64,000 nt of DNA from a virus. Where the stretch lies: the IMG/VR virus record IMGVR_UViG_3300008107_000012. One strand, 5' to 3'. Positions 16,601 through 27,700 of the stretch are shown piece after piece. The translations under genes were made by a program, and so were the position numbers. Within the stretch, counting starts at the first letter, position 1, and each line of letters opens with the position of its first letter. The notes beneath the pieces were generated by a model. That model ran no database searches, had not been told where the DNA came from, and was given only the letters and a program-made list of their open reading frames with translations.

Positions 16601-19600
16601 TAATTCACACTTGCACTGGATCTCCTACAGGAGGGTTACTAAATGATAATATTTACTATGCGATTGTTATAGATCAAAATAAAATCAGATTGTCAAATAC
16701 TTTATATGATTCGATAAAGTCTTTACCAAATTATATTAAATTTACTTCAACATCCTCTGGAACTATATCAAAGATTAATTCTGAAATTAATGTGACAGGG
16801 AATTCTGAAATATCTTTTGATCTTTCGGATTCATCATTATCTTTTACTAATAATTCAAAAAATTATCCAGCATTTGAGTTAGATTTCTATACTGATCCTT
16901 TATTTACAGATAAATATGAAAATTCTGGATTAACAAAAATATTTGATGTTACTAGATCTGGAGTAGTTGGAATTGATACTTCAGCAAAAGTATCTTTAAA
17001 CTTAAAAAATTCACCTCAAATTCTATATTATAAACTCAATCCAATTAACACTAAAATTAATTCAAAAGAAAATTTAGAAATAATTATTGATAGTGATGTA
17101 ACAAACTTTAATAAAATTATTATAAATCAAAGTTTGTATAATGGAATTCAAAAAATAGTTGGAGTTGGTAGCACAACATTTACATTTAATCTAAACAAAA
17201 ATCCAGAATCTTCTTTATATTCATCAAATTCTTCAGATATTAAGTATTATGTTAATTCCCCCACAAGTGCAGATGGTCCAATTTCTAAAATTCAAATTGA
17301 ATCTTCAACTAAAAAATTAACTTCTTTACCAAAAATTTTAGATGTTCAAAATAAAGGTGCAATATTATATGCTGATGGAAAAGAAATAGGATCGGTTAAT
17401 GAAAAAAATATAGAGATAATAGATATTGGATTTAATTATTCTTCAGATTTTTCAATTAGACCTACAGCAAAATTCTCTTCTATATTTGAAATAGATTCAT
17501 ATTCAACTATAGAAAATATTCTTGTTACTTCTACTGGCAAAAAATACTCAGTAAAACCAGATTTAATTCTTTTTGATACATTTACAAAAACTCAAATTGA
17601 TGATGTAGTTCTTGATTATGATATCAATAGACATACAGTATCAATACTTAAAAATACTAATAAAATTACAGGAAATTATACTCCAAAAATCATTCCAATA
17701 AACAATAGTAATGGAATTGGAATCAATTCAATTTCTTATAATTCTACAAATAAAACAGTAACTGTTGGACTTGCAAAATCTTACAGTGATATAGATGATT
17801 TTCCTTTTGTTACTGGAGATAATGTAATTATTGAAAATGTAAGTGTTGGTATTGGGTCAACATTAAAAGGGTATAACTCATCAGAATATGAATATAATTC
17901 ATTTGAAATTATAAGTATAGATCCAAATATTGGTGGATTTGGAGGTACTGTAACTTACAGTATGAGTAAGTATCTTGAAAATGGAGTTATCTTAGGTACT
18001 TATGATTTATTAAATTCTTCCGCAAGGATAATCAATTCGAAAGATTTACCTTCTTTTGAATTAAAAATCAAGAAAAAACAATTCTTGAAAGATGAAAAAA
18101 TAGTGTCTAATGGTTCTATAGGTATAATTGAAAATCATGATGTTGATAGAGATATTATCAAAGTATCTACCGTTGATGATTTTTATGTTGGTAGAACAAT
18201 TAGAGGTTCTTCTTCAAATACTATAGCAAAAATAAAAAAAATACAAGAGTTTGATTTAAACTACAATGTATCTTCTTCATCTATAGTCAACAAAGGTTGG
18301 TCTAAAGAAACTGGATTTTTAAATTACAATACACAGAGAATACACGATAGTGATTATTATCAGTATTTTTCATATTCAATTCAATCAAAAGTTGAGTATG
18401 ATAAATGGAATGAAAATGTTAGTAAGTTAACTCATACATCAGGATTTAAAAAATTTAGTGATTTAATCATAGATTCAAATTCAAATTATTCTGGTATGAA
18501 TAAAGACCAGAACTCTAGTAATATAACAGGAATATCTGATGTTTATAATATTGCAAATGTGAATTGTTACTATGACTTTGATCTAGTCAAAGAAAATAGT
18601 ATTGAAACCAATTTAAAAATGGGATCTAATGAAATAACATTTAATTCAAAAATACTTCAAGATTACATAGAATCTATTGGCAATCGAGTCTTAAATATTG
18701 ATGACATCTCAAAGTCTTTCAACAGCACTTCAAGAATAGATAAATTTAGTGTTGTTGATAGTTTTGATATTTCGTCCGATCCATTTCTTTCTACAAGGTA
18801 TAAAAAGTATTTCTTTAGTATACAGGACAAAGTATTTTTAGACCCTGTTGAGGTTGGTTTAGTATCACTTTTACACGATGACAATTTTGGATATTTAAAT
18901 CAATATGGATTTGTTCACACTGAACAACCTTTAGGAAGTTTTGACTTTTCAATTAGTTCCGGATTTGGACAGTTGAAGTTTTTCCCATATAATTTTTCAG
19001 ATAATATTTACGAAGTAAAATTATTTTCTATTGATTTCCCCAATATTGCTTCTGGATTAGGAAGTACTAGTATAGGTAACATTGTTAATATAACTTCAGA
19101 TTATTCCAAAGTAAGTACTGCAACTACAACTTCTATAGTCAGCATTGCCTCTACATATAGATCGTCAAAAGTTTTAGTTCAAATTGGATCTACTGATGGA
19201 AATTACTATGAAATAAATGAATTTACATTATTGAATGATGGTACTAATGTAAATTCATTAGAATATGGAATGTTGAATACAAATTCATTAAATTCATATT
19301 CTACTACAGGAATAACAACTTTTAATTTCAGTCTTTCTGGAGGAAATTTAAATGTTGAGTTAAATCCAGTAATTGGATATGGATCTAGTTTAAATGTGAA
19401 TACTTTTGTAGTTTCCATAGGGAACAGTGCTTCTACAGGAATTGCTACAGAACGTTATTCTGCTGGGTATATTAATTCTAAATTAAAAACAATATCATCA
19501 TCTCCATCTCCAACAGCAAATGTAGTTTCAAGTTTTGAAAGTGATTCAATTGGAGCTTATTACATAGCTTCAGTTGAGGACTTGACTAATAATGAATATC

Positions 19601-22600
19601 AGACTTGTGAACTTATAATTTCCAGAAGTGATACTAATTCTTCAATTTCCGAATTTGCTGTTATTCAAACTAATGATAGTCTTGGAGAATTTACTTCTGA
19701 TATTTCCGGATCAAATTGCAGATTATTGTTTACTCCTTCTCCAAATATTGAAGTTCAAGTTAGAGTTTGTGAATTTTTAATCACAGAATTAGACGAAGTT
19801 TATCCCACAGATCTTGATTTTGGAAACGGGTTTAATATAATTTATTCATCATCAGAATACTTGGGCACAAATATAGATGTAAGAAAGTCTTTTGATTTAA
19901 CATATAAGCAAAATCCAATTTTCCAAAAAACTTTTAGTGGGGTATCTACTAGTGTAATTTCTATCTTAGATAACACTATAGAAATACCTGGACACTATTT
20001 TGTAACTGGAGAAGAAGTTGAATACTCTTATTTAAATTCAGATGAATCCACTCAAAATGCAATTGGAATAGCAACGACTTCTATTATTGGTATAGGCAAT
20101 ACTAACAAATTACCAAACACTCTTTATATTGTAAAAGTAAATGATTTAAAAGTTAAAGTTTCTGCTTCTGCATCAGAAGCACTTCTTACTATACCAAAAG
20201 TATTAGATATAACTTCTGTTGGAGTGGGAACTAATCACAAATTCACATCTAAAAAACAAAATTCAAAGTGTTTGATTTCTATAGACAATATCATACAATC
20301 ACCAATTGTTTCTACATCCGTTACAACTGGAGTAACAACTTCTTTATCCAAAACTACAAATATAATAAAAATTTCAAGTACTGATGATTTATATGGAGGT
20401 GATTTTATTAAAATTAATGATGAGATTATGAAAATTAAATCTGTAGGTTTTGGTAGTACAAATTCAATTTTGGTACAAAGACCTCTTTTAGGAACTATTG
20501 TACAAAGTCATAATTTAAATGATACGGTTACAAAAATCTCAGGTAATTACAACATAATTGATAATACTTTACATTTTTCAGAAGCACCTTTTGGAAACAT
20601 AGAATTTTTGAATTCAAACAATAGAGGTGACGAGCAAGATTATTATAAAATAGACAGTAGATCTAAGTTTAATGGAAGAGTTTTTATAAGATCTGGTGTA
20701 GAAAATTCTTTAGAAGAAACTTATGCAAAAAATTATATTTTTGATAGTATATCTCTAAGTTTTACTGGATTTACAACTGCCTTTACATTATCTTCAAATA
20801 ATTCTAATGTTAGTGGAATTGTGACATCAAATGGAATTGTTTTAATTAATAATGTTTTTCAATTGCCAAATAAAATTACAGGAACTATTGAAGAAAATCA
20901 ATATACATTAACTGAGTCTTCTGGTATTACAACTATTGTCTTTGAACCAAGCACTTTAATTAATTATGATTCTGATATTAATAAAACTAGTTTACCCAGA
21001 GGTGGAATTATACTTTCTGTTGCTTCTACTGAAGGATTTGGATATCAACCTCTTGTTGCTGCTGGTGGAACTGCTGTTGTGTCTTTAGCAGGAACTATTC
21101 AATCTATAAGTATCGGGAATAGTGGTTCTGGTTATAGATCTGGAATACAAACAACCGTCAATGTTAGTGTAGCAACATCAAGTACAGGAATAATTAATAT
21201 TAATAAAATAGGTACTGCTACTGTAAGTAATGGAAATATTGTAAGTGTTGCTATTACAAATCCAGGAACAGGATATACTTCTACAAATCCTCCTATTGTT
21301 GTATTTGAATCCCCTTTACCTTATTACAATATTCCTTTGATTTATAGTTCACTTTCTTCTGGCATTGGTACTGGGGCAAAAGTCAATATTATCGTTGGAC
21401 AAGGTTCTAGTGTTATTAACTTTGAAATTTCTAACTATGGATTTGGATATCAAATTGGTGACATATTGACCATAAATGTTGGAGGATCAACAGGAATTCC
21501 TACAAATACATCTTTACCATTTAAAGAATTCAATCTTACAATAGATCAAATTTATAATGATACTTTCTATGGGTGGTCTATCGGAACTCTTCAGGTTTTA
21601 GATTCAGTAGAAAACTTAATAGATGGAAATCGTAAATTATTTCCAATTAAAGTTGATGGACAACAAATTTCTATTAGAGCAAGAAAAGGATCTAGTATAG
21701 ATATTCAATCAACATTATTAGTGTTTATAAATGATGTTCTGCAAGTTCCCGGAGAAGGATATACTTTTAATGGAGGAAGTATTATTGAAATTAGTGAACC
21801 TCCAAAAGAAGGAGATAAATTAAAGATTCTTTTCTATAAAGGAACGGGAGATGTTGATACTCAAAGTATAGATATATTAGAACCAGTAGAAACAGGTGAT
21901 ATAGTAAATATAAATTCAACAGATTTACTTCTTGATCAAACAGATAGGTTAGTTGAACAAATTAATAATAGTGATTTAATAGTAACAAATTCTTATTTTG
22001 GAGTGGGAGTTTCATCAAATACAATACTGAAGAGACCAATTACATTATGCAGACAAACAGAGGATAGATTTGTTGATGGAAGATATGTTTCTAAAGATAG
22101 AAACATATATGAACCATTGATTTTCCCAATAACAAATATTATTGAAAACGTTAGTACGTCTTCAACAACAATTTTTGTTGAAGGGGTAAAAACTTTCTTT
22201 GATAACGCAAAAGAATATGTACAAAATAATGTCGATAATGTTCCACAAAAATCTATAAGGATTTTATCTCAAACAACAACATCTGCCGCAATTGCTACAG
22301 CAGTAGTTTCTGCTGCTGGCAGCATATCCTCAATAATAATTTCAGATGGTGGTGTTGGATATTCAACAAATCCTTCAGTAATTGTACAAAATCCAGTAGG
22401 ATCTGGGGTAACAGTTGGCATTGGAACAACGGCATTGGCATCTTCTGTAATATCAATTGGAGGAACAGTTTCATCAATAATCATTACAGATTCCGGAATT
22501 GGTTACACAACAGCAAATCCACCAGTAGTAATAATAGAACCACCATCTGCAACATATGAAGATATTACTAATGTCTCATATACTGGAGACTTTGGAATTA

Positions 22601-23127
22601 TAGTTGGTGTTGCTACTACATCTATTGCAGGAGTAGCTTTGACTGGTATAACTTTTGACTTATTTGTACCTACATCATCTGCTCTTAGAAATACATCAAT
22701 AAATGTAGGTATTGCTACTACTGGAATAAGTGGTATTCAAACAAATTATCTTTTTGTTGTAAATAATTCTAATATTGGGAACGGTGTAACTTCATTGAAT
22801 TCTTCAGGTTCTATTGTTGGGGTAGGTTCTACTTTCTTAGATGGGATTTATAGTGCGGTTAAAGTTTCCACAGCACAAACATCAGTTCCTGGAATTGGAA
22901 TTACAAATGTTTCTAGAGTTGTTGTAAGTGTTCAAAGTTATAATGGATTAACTGGAACTGGTTATAGTGAATTCTTTGGAAATTATTCTTGGGGATTAAT
23001 CTCAAATTTAACAAGAAAAACTCCACAATCATTTGCTGCAAACATAAATGGGTACTCTGGAATTGTTACATCTCCAATTGTTATTAGATCCAAATCTCTT
23101 AAATATATTGGTTACTCTACCACATAA
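10699..23127 (+). CDS. gp7: Giant baseplate wedge initiator gp7-like virion protein with YHYH domain and internal repeats (4142 aa)
   Basis: Position between gp6 and gp8; FYQSKG..SF.LLFR.LFGE; DSDYYQYFSY; HSPIIGWAYDGNPIYGPYG...GDLDEHNGRF. Confidence 0.8.
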   Translation: MKNSIKFYSIVESLVPEYVKIEFPLVIEFLSQYYKSQENQSAALDIIHNIDKYVQIDSVTNLDLTTTLTYPLDFENEVFIYSSKDLPKNYGLIKIDNEIIWYERLVEDTITTATFTIEVGSTSIVSSDVNEDWIGKILIIKDNQGNIVNTTKILSIEDGLSVLTDSPLIIDTEVSVYNSSNTYTCEINGNKLTNCTRGFNATVAYDSDNTTDELVYEETSIDSHVLGSEITNLSIIFLTEFFKKIKIQLAPGFEDEEFYDQINEATFIRNIKQFYQSKGSDCSFELLFRALFGEDVSIIRPRDFVIQSSDAQYNVFRDLVVEQFEGDPEDLENLTLYQDEYLNIPQSKGTIAKVEKIQRGSNFYYTISLDQTKENTYSSNLGEFTIHPKSKTTIDISSGSDFIDVDSTIGFPDSGELLIQKIDGTTFVVSYLSRTSTQFLDCSGIVQDISVNSTIRLNTFAYGYNGSEQIKVFVGGVLSSVNIESTPYYSSINERIKIKTLGKNLETVKSENWFYNITTKYKLEKISLVDTANLVYEVVLYDDNILKVGDSVTLLYSEGSPKNGTIVGQSNKKTFFVVGFEDVNESISYTLRKNILKVNSINYPELSKYSTNVQNVYIDKEQNIFVNSQSLPNYIFEPLLITDRSVTFSGSYIESEIINAISHRFYTGDAVVYVPGDNNNKLDLKKGIYFVYAVDQNNIKLARSRENIYTQNFVKVTGSVTNNKFVLESFTNSTLDTKKLLPQNIFRELSTPKIPDNNSNVETFPGTTGIFVNGVELLNYKSKDVLYYGEIEDIFPTASGSGYDIINPPVLSIEDDNGFGANGYLSINGSLERVDIIDPGFDFTETPTVIISGGNGKEAQVSLNLVSIDYSASFNAKTGINTVTNTVGFTTYHKFRNNEVVLYDPQGQTKISGLSTNSQYYASVIDAFTVKLYNNLDDASIGINTVNLIGIGTGRHLFKSLSKKKQIGSAQVINSGYGYETKKRTVSPVGINTFSGIITIKNHDYREGEIVTYTSSNTDIGGLVSNSSYYVTVVDKNNFKLSNVALGTTEKDFFYKTKNYINFNSTGLGTHSFNYEPITITVIGKTGIGSTYSNQVDLRPIFTGKITSVHLENKGSSYGSEILNYNRQPVITALTGKNAQVKPIVSNGKIVDVIVINSGTQYYSTPKISIVGTGSGAVLTPIIENNSLKRVKVIYGGGGYEENTLINIVPAGAESKFEAKIKTWRFNFFERLFTNNQIPPDDGVLYEGKNDKNGLEYTHLYAPRKLRSSVLGQRSLNGKLVYNSDLELINGVESTSLTHSPIIGWAYDGNPIYGPYGYASITGGSVKQMISGYELTNNLLNRPNYPSGSFVEDYSFTNSGDLDEHNGRFCVTPEFPNGVYAYFCTVDDGLPQNNEPFLNYKKPQFPYVIGNTYKSVPIKFNFLSTSNLNKFNLNESSLLRNTSPYGLLKKYTTYDQLTNPNEIKSQISRIKSISSGKINSIGIVTGGNSYYVGEKINFSDGKTSAFVTQIEGKPVDFINASTTTISDVEFINNSDNYTGFSSIPHNLIDNDLVVLTSLVDYNIFGNISVKNHSLVLRSGIESSSITGIVTYLNVSGSLEESKIRENDIYYLGNEQIKILNIDPQKSQLRILRNQYGTIGVSSIPVGTAITENPRKFEINFGITTSYNYISNKELYFNPILSVGLGTTAGVGINSTLFLSTNNFKHPVSIGTGSTTFLYFSDIKDIQEYTGGGYVDLVDSTNPSFDISKKKIVSIGETSIGIDFNSSALSGIGVTSYVNKWVIKQIPTQSIYLQNHNLNTGDSLSYSSNGGTRVSVSTNGISNFQLNENSTVYVAKISNDLIGISTIKVGLGSTGTFVGVGSISSSILYFTSVGTGDTHSFTTNYENILVADISKNVVTVQTKDLHGLTRNDIIDISVFSGVSTSIKLIYNKKHRRVLVNPRNFVASDVDLIKNTITIYGHNLKTGQKVIHTCTGSPTGGLLNDNIYYAIVIDQNKIRLSNTLYDSIKSLPNYIKFTSTSSGTISKINSEINVTGNSEISFDLSDSSLSFTNNSKNYPAFELDFYTDPLFTDKYENSGLTKIFDVTRSGVVGIDTSAKVSLNLKNSPQILYYKLNPINTKINSKENLEIIIDSDVTNFNKIIINQSLYNGIQKIVGVGSTTFTFNLNKNPESSLYSSNSSDIKYYVNSPTSADGPISKIQIESSTKKLTSLPKILDVQNKGAILYADGKEIGSVNEKNIEIIDIGFNYSSDFSIRPTAKFSSIFEIDSYSTIENILVTSTGKKYSVKPDLILFDTFTKTQIDDVVLDYDINRHTVSILKNTNKITGNYTPKIIPINNSNGIGINSISYNSTNKTVTVGLAKSYSDIDDFPFVTGDNVIIENVSVGIGSTLKGYNSSEYEYNSFEIISIDPNIGGFGGTVTYSMSKYLENGVILGTYDLLNSSARIINSKDLPSFELKIKKKQFLKDEKIVSNGSIGIIENHDVDRDIIKVSTVDDFYVGRTIRGSSSNTIAKIKKIQEFDLNYNVSSSSIVNKGWSKETGFLNYNTQRIHDSDYYQYFSYSIQSKVEYDKWNENVSKLTHTSGFKKFSDLIIDSNSNYSGMNKDQNSSNITGISDVYNIANVNCYYDFDLVKENSIETNLKMGSNEITFNSKILQDYIESIGNRVLNIDDISKSFNSTSRIDKFSVVDSFDISSDPFLSTRYKKYFFSIQDKVFLDPVEVGLVSLLHDDNFGYLNQYGFVHTEQPLGSFDFSISSGFGQLKFFPYNFSDNIYEVKLFSIDFPNIASGLGSTSIGNIVNITSDYSKVSTATTTSIVSIASTYRSSKVLVQIGSTDGNYYEINEFTLLNDGTNVNSLEYGMLNTNSLNSYSTTGITTFNFSLSGGNLNVELNPVIGYGSSLNVNTFVVSIGNSASTGIATERYSAGYINSKLKTISSSPSPTANVVSSFESDSIGAYYIASVEDLTNNEYQTCELIISRSDTNSSISEFAVIQTNDSLGEFTSDISGSNCRLLFTPSPNIEVQVRVCEFLITELDEVYPTDLDFGNGFNIIYSSSEYLGTNIDVRKSFDLTYKQNPIFQKTFSGVSTSVISILDNTIEIPGHYFVTGEEVEYSYLNSDESTQNAIGIATTSIIGIGNTNKLPNTLYIVKVNDLKVKVSASASEALLTIPKVLDITSVGVGTNHKFTSKKQNSKCLISIDNIIQSPIVSTSVTTGVTTSLSKTTNIIKISSTDDLYGGDFIKINDEIMKIKSVGFGSTNSILVQRPLLGTIVQSHNLNDTVTKISGNYNIIDNTLHFSEAPFGNIEFLNSNNRGDEQDYYKIDSRSKFNGRVFIRSGVENSLEETYAKNYIFDSISLSFTGFTTAFTLSSNNSNVSGIVTSNGIVLINNVFQLPNKITGTIEENQYTLTESSGITTIVFEPSTLINYDSDINKTSLPRGGIILSVASTEGFGYQPLVAAGGTAVVSLAGTIQSISIGNSGSGYRSGIQTTVNVSVATSSTGIININKIGTATVSNGNIVSVAITNPGTGYTSTNPPIVVFESPLPYYNIPLIYSSLSSGIGTGAKVNIIVGQGSSVINFEISNYGFGYQIGDILTINVGGSTGIPTNTSLPFKEFNLTIDQIYNDTFYGWSIGTLQVLDSVENLIDGNRKLFPIKVDGQQISIRARKGSSIDIQSTLLVFINDVLQVPGEGYTFNGGSIIEISEPPKEGDKLKILFYKGTGDVDTQSIDILEPVETGDIVNINSTDLLLDQTDRLVEQINNSDLIVTNSYFGVGVSSNTILKRPITLCRQTEDRFVDGRYVSKDRNIYEPLIFPITNIIENVSTSSTTIFVEGVKTFFDNAKEYVQNNVDNVPQKSIRILSQTTTSAAIATAVVSAAGSISSIIISDGGVGYSTNPSVIVQNPVGSGVTVGIGTTALASSVISIGGTVSSIIITDSGIGYTTANPPVVIIEPPSATYEDITNVSYTGDFGIIVGVATTSIAGVALTGITFDLFVPTSSALRNTSINVGIATTGISGIQTNYLFVVNNSNIGNGVTSLNSSGSIVGVGSTFLDGIYSAVKVSTAQTSVPGIGITNVSRVVVSVQSYNGLTGTGYSEFFGNYSWGLISNLTRKTPQSFAANINGYSGIVTSPIVIRSKSLKYIGYSTT

Positions 23128-23146
23128 ATAGATAAAAAACCGTAAA

Positions 23147-24718
23147 ATGTCTGCAATTATAACTGATCAATTAAGAATATTGAATGCGAAGAATTTTGTT
23201 TCCTCGGCAACAACTTCTTCTAATTCATATTATGCTTTTATCGGTCTCCCAAATGCAACTGAATATGATGCTAATTGGGATAAAAACCCACCTGCACCAA
23301 AAGATAGTTTTGATGATGAAAATGATTATTGGGATAGTATAATTGCATTAAAAAAAATTAATTCGGAAGATGTTAAGCAGGTAATTAGAAAAGTTTCTTG
23401 GCAATCTGGAATTACTTATGATATGTACCGTCATAAGATTTCTAGAGACAATTTATCATTACCCTCTCAAGCAACTAACTTATATTCAGCAAATTATTAT
23501 ATAGTTAATAGTGAATACAAAGTTTATATTTGTATTCATAATGGAGCAGATCCAGAAAATCCCGAAGGAAGACCGTCATTAGATGAACCAACATTTGTCG
23601 ATTTAGAACCAAGACCAGCTGGAACAAGTGGGGATGGATATATTTGGAAATATTTGTATACTATTTCTCCAAGTGATATTATAAAATTTGACGGAATTAA
23701 CTACATTCCTGTTCCTAAAAATTGGGGTGAAGATTCTTCAACGTCAATTATTAAAGAAAATGCAAAAACAAGTACTCAAATTAAAAATATAATTATAAGA
23801 AGCAGAGGAGATAATCTTGGTTCTCCGGGAATTTATTCTAATGTTCCAATTAAAGGAGACGGAACTGGAGCAGAGGCAACTATTGTTATTAATGATAATT
23901 TTCAAGTCGAATCAATTACCGTATCTAATGGTGGATCTGGTTATACATATGCATCAGTTGACATTGAATCAAGTGATATATCAACTACAGAAGTTGGGTT
24001 TTCTTCACCACTTTTTGAAGTTGTAATTCCACCTGTAGGAGGTCACGGATATGATATCTATAGAGAACTTGGAGCTTACAACGTTTTAGTTTATTCCAGA
24101 GTTGAAAATGATTTGGAAAATCCAGATTTTATTTTAGGGAATCAAGTAGCAAGATTTGGAATTTTAAAAAATCCCATTGCATATGGGTCGGAAGAAATTT
24201 TAAATGAAGACAAAGTTAGTGCAGTATATGCAATAAAACTTTCTGGAAATTTTCAAGACGCAGAATATACATCAGATAGTTTAATTACTCAAACAATTTC
24301 AACCGGAACAACGGCAATTGGAAAGGTTATTTCATATGATTCAAATACTGGAGTTTTGAAATATTGGCAAGATAGAACATTATATGGATTTAATTTTGAT
24401 GGTACTGATAATTTGAATCCAACTTATGGATTTCAGAATATTTCATTTACTTCTTCACCGGGAACTGGTGGAAATTTATCTATAGTTGGAGATCAATATT
24501 CATTATCTATAGATACATCTTTTGGCAGTGAGTCTTCACCTGCATCAAGTACAACTATAAATAATAAAACATACTATCTTGGACAAGAGTTTGTAGAGGG
24601 ATTATCAAATCCCGAAGTAAAAAAACATTCTGGAGATATTATTTACGTTGACAATAGACCCTCAATTACCAGGTCTCAAAATCAAAAAGAAGATATCAAA
24701 GTCATTTTGCAATTTTAA
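23147..24718 (+). CDS. gp8: Baseplate wedge subunit gp8
   Basis: MSAIITDQ, DGYIWKYLYTI, SGDIIYVDNR..ITR...QKEDIK; late box at 23125-23130. Confidence 0.9.
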   Translation: MSAIITDQLRILNAKNFVSSATTSSNSYYAFIGLPNATEYDANWDKNPPAPKDSFDDENDYWDSIIALKKINSEDVKQVIRKVSWQSGITYDMYRHKISRDNLSLPSQATNLYSANYYIVNSEYKVYICIHNGADPENPEGRPSLDEPTFVDLEPRPAGTSGDGYIWKYLYTISPSDIIKFDGINYIPVPKNWGEDSSTSIIKENAKTSTQIKNIIIRSRGDNLGSPGIYSNVPIKGDGTGAEATIVINDNFQVESITVSNGGSGYTYASVDIESSDISTTEVGFSSPLFEVVIPPVGGHGYDIYRELGAYNVLVYSRVENDLENPDFILGNQVARFGILKNPIAYGSEEILNEDKVSAVYAIKLSGNFQDAEYTSDSLITQTISTGTTAIGKVISYDSNTGVLKYWQDRTLYGFNFDGTDNLNPTYGFQNISFTSSPGTGGNLSIVGDQYSLSIDTSFGSESSPASSTTINNKTYYLGQEFVEGLSNPEVKKHSGDIIYVDNRPSITRSQNQKEDIKVILQF

Positions 24719-24724
24719 AGAATT

Positions 24725-27700
24725 ATGCCACAGGAAACTAACCTCAACGTATCACCATATTTTGATGATTTTGATCCAGAAAAAAATTATCATAAGGTTC
24801 TTTTCAAACCAGGGTATCCAATCCAGGCTAGAGAATTAACCACATTACAATCAATTCTCCAAAATCAAATTGAGCAACAAGGAAAACATTTATTTCAAGA
24901 AGGATCTGTTGTAATTCCGGGAAAAGTTAGAATTGACAGTCCTTTATCCGCAGTAGAAATTGAAAGTACTTATATAGGAACACCAGTATCTTTGTATTTT
25001 GATAAACTTTTAGGAAAAAAACTAAAAGGATCATCAAGTGGAGTTTTGGCTGAAGTTGTTTATACGTTAAGGTCAGTTGATTCTCAAAGAAATAACTTTA
25101 CTTTATATTTAAAGTATCTTGAGTGTGGTGGTCCTCAATTAGAAAATAAGACTTTTTTTGATGGAGAGACTTTAATTTTACAATCTTCTTTGACTTACGG
25201 AGAATTAGGATTTACTATTCAATCTGGAGAAGGAATTTGTAATACTATAAGCAATAATTCAAATTCGTTTGGATCATCAGCAATAGTTTCTGATGGTGTT
25301 TATTTTGCTCGTGGACATTTTGTATCTGTAAAAGAACAAAGAATATTATTAGATCAATATAGTTCTTCACCATCTTATAAAATAGGTTTTAATGTAGTAG
25401 AAAGTATAGTCTCTTCAGACGATGATTCTTCACTTTTAGATAATGCAAAAGGTTTCTCAAATTACACTGCTCCTGGAGCAGATAGATTAAAAATTGAACT
25501 AATCCTTGAGAAAAAAGGTATATTAGAATCCTCCGACAATTTTATTGAAATTATTAGAATTGAAAACGGAAATCCAATTTTTAAAAAAGAATCAACTCAA
25601 TATAGTTTAATCAGAGATGAGTTGGCAAGAAGAACATATGATGAGTCCGGTGACTATTTTGTAAGACCATTTACAGTTTTTGTTAGAGATACTTTAAATG
25701 ATAGAACTAGAACTGATGGATTATATTATAAAAATCAATTAACTTCTACAGGTGTTGCTCCATCCGACGATTTGATGATTTATCAAATTGGACCAGGAAA
25801 AGCTTATGTAAATGGTTACGATATTGAAAAAATATCTTCAACAGAAGTTATAGTAGAAAAACCAAGAACCACAAAAACTATAGAAAATGAAGTTCTTAGG
25901 TATGATGCCGGAACTTCATTGGTTTTGAATAGAGGGTATGGATCTCCGGTTGTTGGTTTAGGAACAACATCATATGTCGAATTAAAAGATTCTAGAATTG
26001 GTGTATCTTCTCATAGTGCTTCAGGAAATACTATTGGTGTTGCTAGAGTATATGATTTTGTTCCAGAAACGGATTATGTTAATAACACAAGTAGACTTAA
26101 TGTAAGATTATTTGATATTCAAACTTATACAAAAGTTGGATTAACTACTAATATTTCTTCATTATCAACTCCAGCTTTAATTAGAGGTAAAAAAAGTAAA
26201 GCTTCTGGATACTTGTCTTCAAGTATAAGTAATTCAAGAATTTTAACACTTTATAATGTTTCTGGTTCATTTTTAGAGAATGAACCAATTTCAATTAATG
26301 GAATTGATGATGGTAGACTTATTAATGAAGTAATCGACTATAATATAACAGATATAAAATCAATATACTCCACAACTGGAATTTCAACATTTAATGCGGA
26401 TGTTGTATTATCACAGAAAACTCCAATTGCACCCCTCGGAACCAAGTTTAAAATAACAGGTTCTTCTTCTGGCATCAGTACCGTATCTGCCGGAATTGAC
26501 GTTGTTTTTACTAATCAAATTAAAGTTGGAGATATAGTTTCATATGCTAGCACCACATTAACTGGAGACACTATATACAATAAAGTTGAAAGTGTTTCTA
26601 ATGATGGTCTTTCTTTCAATATTTCAGGAATTACAACGATATCTGGAATATGCAATGGTTCTCTACCATCATCTACCGTAGAAGTCAACAATATCATTAA
26701 GGTATTTGGATTATCAGATTCTACAAATTCATCTTTAATGACTAAATTGAGATTTGAAAATATTTCAAATGTAAATTTAGAAAATCAAGAAATTTTACAA
26801 AGAAGATCATTTAATAATATATCTTTTTCTGGCAATTTTATTAGGTTAACTATCACCGAACCAGATTTATATTTTGCATCCTTCGATGAGGATAGATTTA
26901 TTATTACATACTCAGATGGTATTATTGAACCAATGAGAATTGATAAGTATGATTTGGACACAACTGGCAAAATATTAACCTTCTATGGTTTGACAAAAGC
27001 AAGTGGCACTGCAAATGTAATTACTACGGTAAGAAATGTAAAACCAAGTTATAAGATTAAAAAATTAAACAAGGCATCAACTTTAGTTGTAAATAAATCA
27101 ATTAAAACTTCATCTGGAATAGGAACAACAACTTTAAATGATGGATTGACTTATAGTAATGTTTATGGTCTACGAGTTCAAGATCAAGAAATTTGCCTCA
27201 ATGTTCCAGATGTAGTAAGAGTTGTTGCTGTTTTTGAATCTACTAATAGTCAAGATCCAACTTTACCAAAAATTCAACTCACTGGATTTACAGGATCGTT
27301 TAACAGCAATCAAGACTTTATAATAGGTGAGCAAATAATTGGGGAAAGTAGTGGAGCAGTTGCATTAGTTGTAAATCGTTCGGCATCCGATTCTTTAGAA
27401 TATGTCTATCTAAACGATAGTCAGTTTACTGTGGAAGAAAGAATTACTGGAGAACAATCAAGTAATAGTGCCATAATTACTAGTGTAATTCTAACATCAT
27501 CTAAAGATATAACTCAGAATTTTTATCTTGATGATGGTCAAAGACCATCATTCTATGATTATGGCAGAATAATTAGAAAAGAGAATACTGAAAATCCAAT
27601 AGGAAAACTCAAAATAGTATTTCAAAATTATACTATTGATTCTGGAGACACTGGAGAGTTAATAATAGTAAATAGCTATCCTGCAGATGGATTTAAATAT

